DNA of 32,000 bases from Kineococcus radiotolerans SRS30216 = ATCC BAA-149 (GCF_000017305.1 NC_009664.2:4260001-4292000), one strand, 5' to 3'. Positions 1-8,150 are shown, counted from the stretch's first letter. Numbers and translations: made by a program. The notes: a model not told the origin generated them from the sequence alone.

Positions 1-202
1 GCACGTCCTTGGTCGGGAAGTGGTACGTCAGCCCCTGCTGGGAGATGCCGATGCGGTCGGCGATCTCGCGCAGCGAGGCGTTGCGGTACCCGGAGGCCGC
101 GAAGACCGTCAGCGCCGCGTCCAGGATCTCCCGCCGCCGCAGCGCCGACTTGGCGTACTCGCCCCGCCCGGCGCGGGAGCGGCTGGTGTCGGTGGTCGGC
201 AC
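1..202 (-). CDS. TetR/AcrR-family transcriptional regulator, N-terminal HTH part (gene continues beyond window start)
   Basis: Minus-strand translation from GTG (complement of 200-202) reads VPTTDTSRSRAGRGEYAKSALRRREILDAALTVFAASGYRNASLREIADRIGISQQGLTYHFPTKDV, a canonical TetR N-terminal HTH. It is missing from the ORF track because no stop lies inside the window. Confidence 0.75.
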   Translation of the reverse strand, partial: MPTTDTSRSRAGRGEYAKSALRRREILDAALTVFAASGYRNASLREIADRIGISQQGLTYHFPTKDV

Positions 203-226
203 GCGACCACCTTCCCACAGCCCTCC

Positions 227-250
227 AATTTCTGGCCTTGGTGAGAAATT
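227..250. promoter_or_regulatory. Inverted repeat AATTTCT-N10-AGAAATT in the TetR/GH3 divergent spacer (candidate TetR operator)
   Basis: Perfect 7-bp arms at 227-233 and 244-250, in the most AT-rich patch of the 114-bp divergent intergenic region. Confidence 0.35.
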
Positions 251-316
251 CGTGTACGGTGCCCGTGCCCGGCACCGCCGCCGGGCAGCGATGCCCCGCA
301 GGTTCGAAGGAGAATC

Positions 317-2329
317 ATGGACGGACACCCCCGCACCCCCCGCCCCTCCCGGTCCCGCCGCCGCGTCTCGCGGGCCGCCGCCGCGCTCGCCGGGCTCGTC
401 GCCGTCACGATCGGCGGCACGACCACCTCCAGCGCGACCCCGGCCGCACCCCCCGGGCGGGCCGGCGATCAGCCGGTGCTGTCCACCCGCGGCGTCGAGC
501 TCCTGCGGATCGGCGGGCTGCAGTTCCGCGACCTGGACCGCGACGGCCGGCTCACCCCCTACGAGGACTGGCGGCTGAGCCCCGCCCAGCGCGCCGACGA
601 CCTGCTCGGGCGCCTCGACCTCGCCCAGCGCGCCGGTCTGCTCGTCCACGGCAACCTAGCCTCCTCGGGCACGACCTACGACGTCGCCGCGACCGTGCGC
701 GACGTCGCCGACCGCCACGTCACCACCTTCATCACCCGGCTGTCGGCCGAACCCGCCCAGATCGCCGAGGCGAACAACCTGGTGCAGCTCATCGCCGAGC
801 AGCAGCCGCTGGCCATCCCCGTGCTCGTCTCCAGCGACCCCCGCAACGGTTTCTCCGAGACCGAGGGGCAGACCGTCGCCGGCGAAGGCACCACCTCGCT
901 GCCGGACCCGACCGGGCTCAGCGCCGCGGGCGACCCCGACCTCACCCGTCGCGTCGGCGACGTCGTGCGCCAGGAGTTCCGCGCCATGGGCATCGCCGAG
1001 CTCCTCGGGCCGCAGGCGGACCTGGCCACCGAGCCGCGCTGGACGCGCATCGACGGGACCTTCGGCTCCGACGCGGCGACGGCCCGCGATCAGGTCGGCG
1101 CCTACGTCGACGGGGTCCAGGGCGGCACCGCCGGCCTGGACCGCGACAGCGTGGCCACCGTCACCAAGCACTGGGCCGGCTACGGCGCCCAGGTGGACGG
1201 CTACGACTCCCACTACCACTACGGCCGCTACGCCGCGTTCCCCGGCGGGAACTTCGAGGAGCACCTCCTCCCCTACGACGGCGCCTTCGCCGCGGGCACC
1301 GCCGGCATCATGCCGACCTACTCGATCCTGCAGGGTCTGCAGCGCGAAGGACACGACGTCGAGCAGGTCGGCGCCGGTTTCAACTCCTACCTCCTGCAGG
1401 ACGTCCTGCGCGGGGAGAAGGGCTTCGACGGCGTCGTCCTCTCGGACTGGGGCATCACCGGGGACTGCCCGCAGGAGTGCCTGGACAACCGCCCGCCGAA
1501 CCGCTTCGTCGGGTCCTGGGGGGTGGGCATGCCCTGGGGGATGGAGGACGCCACCCGCACCGAGCGCTTCGCGAAGGCGCTGAACGCAGGTGTGGACCAG
1601 ATCGGCGGGGACTCCGACTCCACGCAGGTCGTGGCCGCCGTGGAGCAGGGGCTGCTCAGCGCCGACCGCGTCGCGCAGGCCGCCCACCGCGTCCTCGTGC
1701 AGAAGTTCCAGCTCGGGTTGTTCGAGAACCCCTTCGTGGACCCCGCCACCGCCGACCGGATCGCCGGCAACGCCCGCTTCCAGCGGATCGGTGACGAGGC
1801 GCAGGAGAAGTCCCTGACCCTGCTGCAGAACACCGACGACCTGCTGCCCGTCAGCCGCGCTTCCGTCCGCACCGTCTACCTGGCCGGTGTCGACCCCGCC
1901 GTGGCGAGGAGCAGGGGCCTGGCGGTGACCGACGACCCGGCGGAGGCCGACCTCGCGATCGTCCGCATCGCCGACCCGCGTTCCGGAACCGACCTCACCG
2001 GCCTCGAACCGACCGAGGAGCAGGAGGACGTGCGCCTGCTGCAGGCCGCGGCCGCGGCCGGAACCCCGACCGTCGCCGTCCCCAAGCTCGCTCGCCCGCT
2101 GATCCTGACCGGCGTCGTCGCCACCGCCGACGCCGTCCTCGCCAACTACGGGGTGTCCGACGAGGTGCTGCTCGACACCGTCCTCGGCCGGCGCGCGCCC
2201 GGCGGGCGGCTGCCGTTCGAGCTGCCCTCCTCCACGGCTGCGGTCGAGGCGCAGCTGCCCGACGTGGCCGACGACTCCGCCGACCCGCTCTTCGCCCGCG
2301 GCGCGGGTCTGTCCTACGACCGGCGCTGA
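317..2329 (+). CDS. Glycoside hydrolase family 3 (beta-glucosidase/beta-xylosidase-like), probably exported
   Basis: 670-aa ORF with AAGGAG just upstream of ATG 317. The N-terminus SRSRRRVSRAAAALAGLVAV resembles a twin-arginine signal. GH3 blocks KHWAGYG and GVVLSDWG (nucleophile Asp motif) are present. GC3-rich codons. Confidence 0.9.
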   Translation: MDGHPRTPRPSRSRRRVSRAAAALAGLVAVTIGGTTTSSATPAAPPGRAGDQPVLSTRGVELLRIGGLQFRDLDRDGRLTPYEDWRLSPAQRADDLLGRLDLAQRAGLLVHGNLASSGTTYDVAATVRDVADRHVTTFITRLSAEPAQIAEANNLVQLIAEQQPLAIPVLVSSDPRNGFSETEGQTVAGEGTTSLPDPTGLSAAGDPDLTRRVGDVVRQEFRAMGIAELLGPQADLATEPRWTRIDGTFGSDAATARDQVGAYVDGVQGGTAGLDRDSVATVTKHWAGYGAQVDGYDSHYHYGRYAAFPGGNFEEHLLPYDGAFAAGTAGIMPTYSILQGLQREGHDVEQVGAGFNSYLLQDVLRGEKGFDGVVLSDWGITGDCPQECLDNRPPNRFVGSWGVGMPWGMEDATRTERFAKALNAGVDQIGGDSDSTQVVAAVEQGLLSADRVAQAAHRVLVQKFQLGLFENPFVDPATADRIAGNARFQRIGDEAQEKSLTLLQNTDDLLPVSRASVRTVYLAGVDPAVARSRGLAVTDDPAEADLAIVRIADPRSGTDLTGLEPTEEQEDVRLLQAAAAAGTPTVAVPKLARPLILTGVVATADAVLANYGVSDEVLLDTVLGRRAPGGRLPFELPSSTAAVEAQLPDVADDSADPLFARGAGLSYDRR

Positions 2330-2338
2330 CCGCCCCAC

Positions 2339-2376
2339 CCCGGCGCGTTCCCCCGGACCCGGGGGGACGCGCCGGG
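2339..2376 (+). terminator. Long GC hairpin downstream of the GH3 stop (factor-independent terminator candidate, no U-tract)
   Basis: CCCGGCGCGTTCCCCCGG-AC-CCGGGGGGACGCGCCGGG pairs over about 16-18 bp with one U.G wobble. It starts 10 nt after the TGA at 2327-2329. Confidence 0.6.
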
Positions 2377-2521
2377 CTCCACGGTCGTCGTGGGAACCGC
2401 TCCTCCCCACGAGGCTCCCGGGGTCCTCCTCGCCAGCCGCCGGCTGCGGCCGGCGGGAGCCACCCCGCGACGTGGGACTTCTGGACCTCATGTCCACGAT
2501 CGGGACTGCCGATGAGGCCGT

Positions 2522-4585
2522 GTGGACGTGAGCTCGCCGGCGGAGAGGCATCGGCGCCCGCGGGTGGGCATGGTGATCAACCGTGTCGAGGACTACTCCC
2601 TGCGTGTCATCGACGGCCTGCGCGAGGTCCTCGGCGCCGGCGGTGCCTCGTTGCTCGTCCTGATCCACCCGTCCGCGGGCCCGGGGGACGGGCGGTGGCT
2701 GCAGCGTCTGGTGGCGGCGGGAACCGTCGACGCCGTCGTGCTCAGCGCGGTCACCGAGCCCGCCACCGGTGCTTCCGCCGTCCAGGGGCTGGTCGAGCAG
2801 GCCCGAGGTGTCCCGGTGGTCAGCCTGTGCGCCCAGCCCACGGTTCCCGAGGTCCCGAGCGTCTGCGCGGACGGCGCCGCCGGCGTCCACAGCGTCGCGG
2901 CGCACCTGCTCGACGGGACGGGGCGGGTGCACCCGCTGGTGGTGAGCGGCCCCGCCGACAACGCCGACGCGCTGGAGCGGGAGACCGCCTTCGCCGAGGC
3001 GGTGGCGCAGCGCGGTCTGGAACTGCCGCCGGGGAGCCTGGTGCGTGCGGGCTTCGACCGCGACAGCGCCTACCGGCGCACCCTCGAGGTGCTGGAGGCG
3101 GGGCTTCCGGTGGACGCCGTCTTCGCGGCGAACGACGAGATGGCCCTGGGCGTCATGGACGCCCTGGCGGCCCGCGGGTTCCGCGTGCCCGAGGACGTCA
3201 CCGTGGCCGGCTTCGACGACACCGTCGCCGGGAGCACCGCCCCGATCCCCCTGACCAGCGTCGACCAGCAGTTGGAGGCGCAGGGACGGCGAGCAGCGCA
3301 CCTGGTGCTCGCCCTGCTCGCGGGGGAGCAGGTACCCGCGGGGACCAGGACGGCGTGCGGACTCGTCGTCCGCGCCTCCTCCAGCGCGTCCCTCGACGCG
3401 GTCGTGCGGGACGAGGAGGTGGACGGACGGGCGCGGGACGCCGCCCTGAGCGCGTCGCTGCACCACGCGCGGACCGAGTTGCTGCTGACCCAGCAGCTCC
3501 TGGGCACCAGCCGGGCCCTGGCGAACGCGCTCACCGAGGGGGACGTCGTCGGGGAGCTGGGCGCGTGGCTGCCGCGGCTCGCGGTTCGACGGGCGTTCCT
3601 GGTGCGCGTCCGCGCCGGATCGGCGCACCTGCTGGGCTCCTGGGGTGCCACCGGGACCTCCGCCGGCCCCGTCGGCCTGCTCGACGACAGCTACCCCGCC
3701 GCTCGACTGCTCCCGAGTGCCCTGCAGGACGAGCTCTCCCGCGGGGCCCTGGTGGTGCGGCACCTGGAACTCGGCGCGGGGGAGGCGGCGGTCCTGCTGT
3801 ACGAGCAGGCGCAGTTCGACCGCCACACCGGCGAGGCGTTGCCGCAGGACGTCGCGCGGGCCCTGACGGCGGTGCGGCGCACCCGGGAGTCCACCGACCA
3901 CGCCGCCGAGCTGGAGCGCCTGGTGGCCGAGCGCACCGCGCAGCTGCAGGCCGAGGTGGGGGACCGCCGCGCGGCCCAGGAGGAGCTCAGCCGGGTCAAC
4001 GCCGGGCTGCAGCGCGCCCTGCTGACCGACGGCCTGACGGGTCTCGCGAACCGTCCCGGTCTCGATGCGGCGCTGGCGGACGCGTGGCGCGAGCACGCGC
4101 GCAGCGGGGCGCCGCTCAGCGTGCTGGTCTGCGACATCGACCACTTCAAGGCCTACAACGACGCCGCCGGGCACCTCGCCGGCGACCGCTGCCTGCGCGA
4201 GGTGGCCGCAGCGCTGGCCTCGTCGGTGCGTGGGCCCCACGACACCGTCGCGCGCTACGGCGGTGAGGAGTTCTCCATCGTCCTCCCCGCCACCGGTCCC
4301 GACGTGGCTCGGCGGGTGGCGGACAGGGTCATGGAACGCATCCGTGGAGCGGCGCTGCCCCACCCGGGGCTGCGCACCGGCGCCGTGGTCTCGATCAGCA
4401 TCGGGGTGGCGTCCGTCGTGCGGGGAGGTGGGGACGTCCGCGACGGCCTGGACGTGGTGGACGTCCTCCACGCCGCCGACGCGGCGCTGTACCGGGCCAA
4501 GGCGCTGGGCCGGGCGCGCGTGGAGGTCGCTGCACCGCTGAGCGCGTGCCGGGCCGGGGCCGGGGGTGGTGCTCAGAGGTCGTAG
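2522..4585 (+). CDS. Cytoplasmic sensor diguanylate cyclase: HTH-less LacI/RbsB-type periplasmic-binding-fold domain + uncharacterised middle region/coiled coil + GGDEF
   Basis: N-terminal ~290 aa match the LacI-family sugar-binding core (VGMVINRVEDYS..., DAVFAANDEMALGVMDALAARGFRVPEDVTVAGFDD). The C-terminus is GGDEF (LTGLANRPGLD, DIDHFKAYND, RYGGEEF). An in-frame TGA at 2513-2515 leaves no room for an HTH. The start is uncertain among GTG 2522, GTG 2528, GTG 2564 and ATG 2570. Confidence 0.85.
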   Translation: MDVSSPAERHRRPRVGMVINRVEDYSLRVIDGLREVLGAGGASLLVLIHPSAGPGDGRWLQRLVAAGTVDAVVLSAVTEPATGASAVQGLVEQARGVPVVSLCAQPTVPEVPSVCADGAAGVHSVAAHLLDGTGRVHPLVVSGPADNADALERETAFAEAVAQRGLELPPGSLVRAGFDRDSAYRRTLEVLEAGLPVDAVFAANDEMALGVMDALAARGFRVPEDVTVAGFDDTVAGSTAPIPLTSVDQQLEAQGRRAAHLVLALLAGEQVPAGTRTACGLVVRASSSASLDAVVRDEEVDGRARDAALSASLHHARTELLLTQQLLGTSRALANALTEGDVVGELGAWLPRLAVRRAFLVRVRAGSAHLLGSWGATGTSAGPVGLLDDSYPAARLLPSALQDELSRGALVVRHLELGAGEAAVLLYEQAQFDRHTGEALPQDVARALTAVRRTRESTDHAAELERLVAERTAQLQAEVGDRRAAQEELSRVNAGLQRALLTDGLTGLANRPGLDAALADAWREHARSGAPLSVLVCDIDHFKAYNDAAGHLAGDRCLREVAAALASSVRGPHDTVARYGGEEFSIVLPATGPDVARRVADRVMERIRGAALPHPGLRTGAVVSISIGVASVVRGGGDVRDGLDVVDVLHAADAALYRAKALGRARVEVAAPLSACRAGAGGGAQRS

Positions 4586-5406
4586 CCACCGGAGACGTCG
4601 ATGTCCTGCCCGGTGATCCACCCGGCCTGCTCGGAGAGCAGGAAGGCGATGACCCTGCCGACGTCCGCGCCCTCGCCGATGCGGCCCAGGGCGGTGTTCT
4701 CGGCCAGCGGCGCGATGAGCTCGGGGTGGCGGGCGAACGCGTCGCCGCCCAGGCGGGTGCGGGTGGGGCCCGGCGCGACCGTGTTGACCCGGATGCCGCG
4801 GGTTCCGAGTTCCTTGGCCAGGTAGCGGCTCCACACCACGACCGCGCCCTTGAACGCGGCGTAGGCGGAGAAACCGGGGGTCATGCCGAAGGGGCGGGTC
4901 GAGCTGCTGCTGACGTTGACGATGGAGGCGCCGTCCGCCAGCAGGGGCAGCAAGGCCTGGGTGAGGAAGAACGGGCCCTTGAAGAGGACGTCGCCGAGCT
5001 CGTCGAGGGCGTCCTCGCTCGTGTCCGCGAACGCGGCCGGGCGGGAGGAGCCGGCGTTGTTGACCAGCCCGGTCAGGTGCGCGGAGTGCCAGGTGTCCTG
5101 CAGGGTCCGCGCGACCTGCTCGGCGAAGGCGGGGAAGGTCCCGGTCCGGGCGGTGTCCAGGGGCAGGGCGACGGCGGTTCCGCCGATCTCCTCGATCTGC
5201 CGGACGGTCCTCCCGGCGCCGTCGGGGTTGCCGCGGTAGGTCAGGACGACGCCGGAACCTCCCCGGGCGACCTCGAGGGCGGCGCTCTGGCCGATGCCGG
5301 AGCTGGCGCCGGTGACGAGCGTGATGGGCGCGGCGTCGGCACCGGGTGCGACGTCGGGTGCCGCGGTGGGTGTGGTGGTGGGTGTGGTGGTGGGGGTGGT
5401 GGACAC
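4573..5406 (-). CDS. Short-chain dehydrogenase/reductase (SDR) with a Thr/Pro-rich N-terminal tail
   Basis: TGASSGIG Rossmann motif, NNAG, and SDR-like C-terminus. The track ORF extends to 5613, but GTG at 5406 is preceded by AGGAGGA-ccc. There is no other ATG/GTG/TTG between it and the glycine motif. The 3' end overlaps the convergent GGDEF gene by 13 nt. Confidence 0.85.
   Translation of the reverse strand: MSTTPTTTPTTTPTAAPDVAPGADAAPITLVTGASSGIGQSAALEVARGGSGVVLTYRGNPDGAGRTVRQIEEIGGTAVALPLDTARTGTFPAFAEQVARTLQDTWHSAHLTGLVNNAGSSRPAAFADTSEDALDELGDVLFKGPFFLTQALLPLLADGASIVNVSSSSTRPFGMTPGFSAYAAFKGAVVVWSRYLAKELGTRGIRVNTVAPGPTRTRLGGDAFARHPELIAPLAENTALGRIGEGADVGRVIAFLLSEQAGWITGQDIDVSGGYDL
5365..5400. 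repeat. 12-nt tandem repeat x3 (ggtgggtgtggt, ggtgggtgtggt, ggtgggggtggt) encoding (TTPT)3 at codons 3-14 of the SDR
   Basis: Read directly: units at 5365-5376, 5377-5388 and 5389-5400. The minus-strand translation is VSTTPTTTPTTTPTAAP. Confidence 0.8.
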
Positions 5407-5582
5407 GGGTCCTCCTGGTGGTGGGGGCTGAGGGTTTCGGGTGTCGGCAGTGCGTGGGGCGGTGCCACGCTCAGGGGTCGCGGTCACGAGCGGGGTGGGG
5501 GACGGGCCGCGATCGAGGGGGGCACGTACCCCCGGGCGCCCGCTCGCGGCGCTGGTTCCAGTGAAGCGGCGCGGTGGCGGTC

Positions 5583-5623
5583 GTCCTAGACGATTGCTCG
5601 CCGGTCCTTGCACGATCCTGCTC
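5583..5623. promoter_or_regulatory. 41-nt motif GTCCTAGAC-N22-GATCCTGCTC, copy 1 (SDR/AraC divergent spacer)
   Basis: Ungapped match to 8110-8150 at 31/41 positions by hand count. The 9-nt and 10-nt ends and an internal CTTGC are identical. Confidence 0.45.
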
Positions 5624-5700
5624 CGCTGCGGACGAGCGCGGGTGGGTGGCGTGCTCGGCGGGGTGCCCAGGAGCGTCGGGCGGGTGGTTCACTGACGGGC

Positions 5701-6600
5701 ATGAGCCTCGCTGAGCTGCGGCAGCTGATCACGCGCCACGCCAGCCCCGCCACCACGACGGCCATCGAGGGCGTCCACGCCGCCCGGACGACCACTCCTG
5801 CGGCCCCGGCCGCCTCGATGGACGGCGCCGTGCTCGCCGTCATCGCCCAGGGCGAGAAGACGCTGGTCCTCGACGACCGCGAGCTGCGCTACGGCGCGGG
5901 GCAGTACGTCGTGGCCTCCCTGGACCTGCCGGTCACCGGGCAGTTCACCGGGGCGAGCGAGGCGGAGCCGGCCCTGGGTTTCGGACTGGCGCTGAAGCCG
6001 GCGCTCATCGCCGAGCTGCTGCTGCACCCCGCAGCGCGTGAGCTGCCCGGCACCGGACGGGGTGCGGCGGCACCCTTCGCCCTGACCATCGGCGACGCGG
6101 GCTCCGATCTCCTCGACGCGGTGGTGCGGATGCTGCGCCTGCTGGAACGCCCCCGCGACCGGGTGGTGCTGGCCCCGCTCATCGAGCGGGAGATCCTGTG
6201 GCTGCTGATCACCGGGCCGCACGGGGAAGCCGTGCGCCAGTTGGGGCTGGCCGACAGCAGCTTGTCCAACGTCGCCCGCGCGGTGCGCTGGCTGCGCGAG
6301 CACTACGCGCAGCCGCTGCGGGTGCAGGAGCTGGCGCAGGTGGCCGCGATGAGCCCGTCGGCGTTCCACCGCGCCTTCGCCGCGGTCACGTCCATGAGCC
6401 CGATCCAGTTCCAGAAGCGGATCCGGCTGCAGCAGGCGCGGCTGCGGCTGCTGACCGATCCGGCGGACGTCGCCGGGGCCGGTCACGCGGTCGGCTACGA
6501 GAGCGCTTCGCAGTTCAGCCGCGAGTACCGCCGGCTGTTCGGGTTGCCGCCGGGGCAGGACGCGACGCGCTTGCGCACCGAGGCCTACGCCGGAGCGTGA
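5701..6600 (+). CDS. AraC-family transcriptional regulator with AraC_N-type N-terminal ligand domain
   Basis: ATG 5701 (MSLAELRQL...). The N-terminal block VLAVIAQGEKTLVLDDRELRYGAGQYVVASLDLPVTGQ is typical of the AraC_N domain. C-terminal dual HTH (SPSAFHRAFAAVTSMSPIQFQKRIRL, GYESASQFSREYRRLFGLPP). The track start at 5608 is probably too far upstream. Confidence 0.85.
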   Translation: MSLAELRQLITRHASPATTTAIEGVHAARTTTPAAPAASMDGAVLAVIAQGEKTLVLDDRELRYGAGQYVVASLDLPVTGQFTGASEAEPALGFGLALKPALIAELLLHPAARELPGTGRGAAAPFALTIGDAGSDLLDAVVRMLRLLERPRDRVVLAPLIEREILWLLITGPHGEAVRQLGLADSSLSNVARAVRWLREHYAQPLRVQELAQVAAMSPSAFHRAFAAVTSMSPIQFQKRIRLQQARLRLLTDPADVAGAGHAVGYESASQFSREYRRLFGLPPGQDATRLRTEAYAGA

Positions 6601-6624
6601 GGACGGCGTTCCGGCGCTCCGAGC

Positions 6625-6682
6625 GGTTCCGCACCGGCGAGTTCGTGCCGGCGAGTTCGTGCCGGCGGGTTCCGCACCGGCG
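6625..6682. repeat. Four tandem 14-15-nt units (ggttccgcaccggcg / agttcgtgccggcg x2 / ggttccgcaccggcg) between convergent AraC and esterase genes
   Basis: Read directly. The outer units are identical 15-mers and the inner units are identical 14-mers. Each unit carries the self-complementary GCCGGC/CCGGCG core, so alternative hairpins are possible. Confidence 0.7.
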
Positions 6683-6713
6683 GGCCGGCGTCGGCCGGGC
6701 CCGCGCCGCGGTC

Positions 6714-7760
6714 TCACGCCCCGGGTCGCAGCACCCGCTGCAGCCAGTGCGATCGCGCCGCCCGGGCGGCGCGGGAGAGGCGAGCCCGGGGGAAGAGCGC
6801 GTCGAAGCCGTGGAACCCGCCCGCCCACACGTGCAGCTCCACCTGCCCACCGGCGGCCCAGATGCGGCCGGCGTACTCCACGTCCTCGTCGCGGAAGAGT
6901 TCCGCGGAGCCGGCGTCGACGTAGGTGCTCGGCAGGCCGGAGAGGTCGGCGGCCAGCGCGGGGGAGACGTGGGCCGTCACCACCCGTCCACCGGGTGCCC
7001 CGTCCCGGACCAGGGGGGCCAGCACGCTGGCCCACGCGAAGTCGTTGGCCCGACGGTTCCAGGTGCTGGGCCCGTCCTCCTGCCGGCTGGAGACGGTGAC
7101 GCCGCGGTGGTCCAGCATCGGGCAGATCAGCACCTGCGCGGCGATGGCCGGACCGCCCAGGTCGCGCGCCATCAGGCTGACGCCCGCCGCCAGGCCGCCG
7201 CCGGCGCTGGTGCCGGCCACCACCACGCGTGCCGGGTCCACGCCGAGCTCCTCGGCGTGCTCGAGCACCCACCGCAGCCCGGCGTAGCCGTCCTCCACGG
7301 CGGTGCTGCCCCCGGCCTCGGGCGCCAGGCGGTAGTCGACGGTGACGACGACCGCTCCCAGCTCCTCCAGCCACTCCAAGGGGATGTCGATCTGCGAGAA
7401 GCGGTCCCCCATGACCATCCCGCCCCCGTGCAACCACAGCACGCACGGCGCCTGCGGGGCCACCGCCGCACCGGGCGGCCTGGACGGGCTGAGCACCGTC
7501 ACCGGCAGCTGGTGACCGTCGCGGGCGGTCGCCGACGTCTCCCGCCGGTCGACGGCACGCCCCACCAGCAGCGGCTCGAGGGGGGTGCAGGCGTAGGGGC
7601 GCAGCAGGGCCAGCGTGTCCGCTCCCAGCGCGGGCGCGGCGGGCAGCTCGGCGAGCAGGGCGGCCAGCTCGGGGTCCAGCGCGGGTCGCGGGCCGGGCGC
7701 TGCGCCTTCCGCCGCGCTCGTCCACGCGGCCGGTGCGGTGTCCACCGTCAGCCCGCCCAC
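6714..7760 (-). CDS. Alpha/beta hydrolase fold-3 carboxylesterase/lipase (HSL family)
   Basis: HGGG oxyanion-hole motif (VLWLHGGGMVMGD) and GTSAGG nucleophile elbow. The start GTG lies 1 nt after the upstream ABM stop, so they form an operon. Confidence 0.85.
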   Translation of the reverse strand: MGGLTVDTAPAAWTSAAEGAAPGPRPALDPELAALLAELPAAPALGADTLALLRPYACTPLEPLLVGRAVDRRETSATARDGHQLPVTVLSPSRPPGAAVAPQAPCVLWLHGGGMVMGDRFSQIDIPLEWLEELGAVVVTVDYRLAPEAGGSTAVEDGYAGLRWVLEHAEELGVDPARVVVAGTSAGGGLAAGVSLMARDLGGPAIAAQVLICPMLDHRGVTVSSRQEDGPSTWNRRANDFAWASVLAPLVRDGAPGGRVVTAHVSPALAADLSGLPSTYVDAGSAELFRDEDVEYAGRIWAAGGQVELHVWAGGFHGFDALFPRARLSRAARAARSHWLQRVLRPGA

Positions 7761-7761
7761 C

Positions 7762-8088
7762 TCAGAGCACCGCCTTGCCGCGCACCGGCACCAGGTCGGT
7801 CGATGCGGCGTCTGCGGCCAGCAGCTCGGCGAAGCCGGCGACGATCGCCGCGGCAGCGGGGGTGGCGAAGACGCGGTGGTGCTCCTCCTCGCTGCTCCAG
7901 CCCTCCGCCACGTGCACGACGTCGGGGTCGGAGGCCGAGCGGCTGACGACGTAGAGCAGGCAGTGCTCGCTGGAGGCGGGGTTCCCCGGCTCCAGCCCGC
8001 TGAGGAGGAGGTCGACGACCCGGTCGCCCAGGCCGGGCTTGGCGGTCATGGTGCTGGTGAACCCGTAGGTGATGGTCATGCCCTCCAT
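7762..8088 (-). CDS. Antibiotic-biosynthesis-monooxygenase (ABM) domain protein
   Basis: 108 aa with the ABM-like pattern AKPG...EHCLLYVVSRSASDPDVVHVAEGWSSEEEHHRVF. Tightly coupled to the downstream esterase. Confidence 0.7.
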   Translation of the reverse strand: MEGMTITYGFTSTMTAKPGLGDRVVDLLLSGLEPGNPASSEHCLLYVVSRSASDPDVVHVAEGWSSEEEHHRVFATPAAAAIVAGFAELLAADAASTDLVPVRGKAVL

Positions 8089-8109
8089 CCAGCCAGCACC
8101 GGCGCCCGC

Positions 8110-8150
8110 GTCCTAGACCGTTCGTCGCTCCTGCTTGCCTGATCCTGCTC
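8110..8150. promoter_or_regulatory. 41-nt motif GTCCTAGAC-N22-GATCCTGCTC, copy 2 (21 nt upstream of the ABM start codon)
   Basis: Same length and orientation as 5583-5623, with 31/41 identical positions by hand count. Confidence 0.45.

Noticed and set aside
2490-2531. 13-codon uORF (MSTIGTADEAVWT*) overlapping the GGDEF gene start
   Set aside because: It has no RBS, and there is no conservation evidence available. A short ORF of this kind is expected by chance.
4573-4585. 13-nt 3'-end overlap of the convergent GGDEF and SDR genes
   Set aside because: It is real in the sequence but unremarkable. The GGDEF C-terminal tail (…CRAGAGGGAQRS) looks unstructured, and convergent overlaps are common in compact GC-rich genomes.
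656-4834. 1392-aa minus-strand ORF spanning the GH3 and GGDEF genes
   Set aside because: Its composition is Arg/Gly/Pro/Ala-dominated with no recognisable motifs. It is antisense to two ORFs with clear family signatures. This is a typical GC-rich antisense artefact.
5689-7946. 678-aa minus-strand ORF (5689..7725) and 582-aa plus-strand ORF (6198..7946) overlapping the AraC, esterase and ABM genes
   Set aside because: Both are off-frame or antisense to genes with clear motifs (AraC HTH, HGGG/GxSxG) and have Arg/Pro-rich junk composition.
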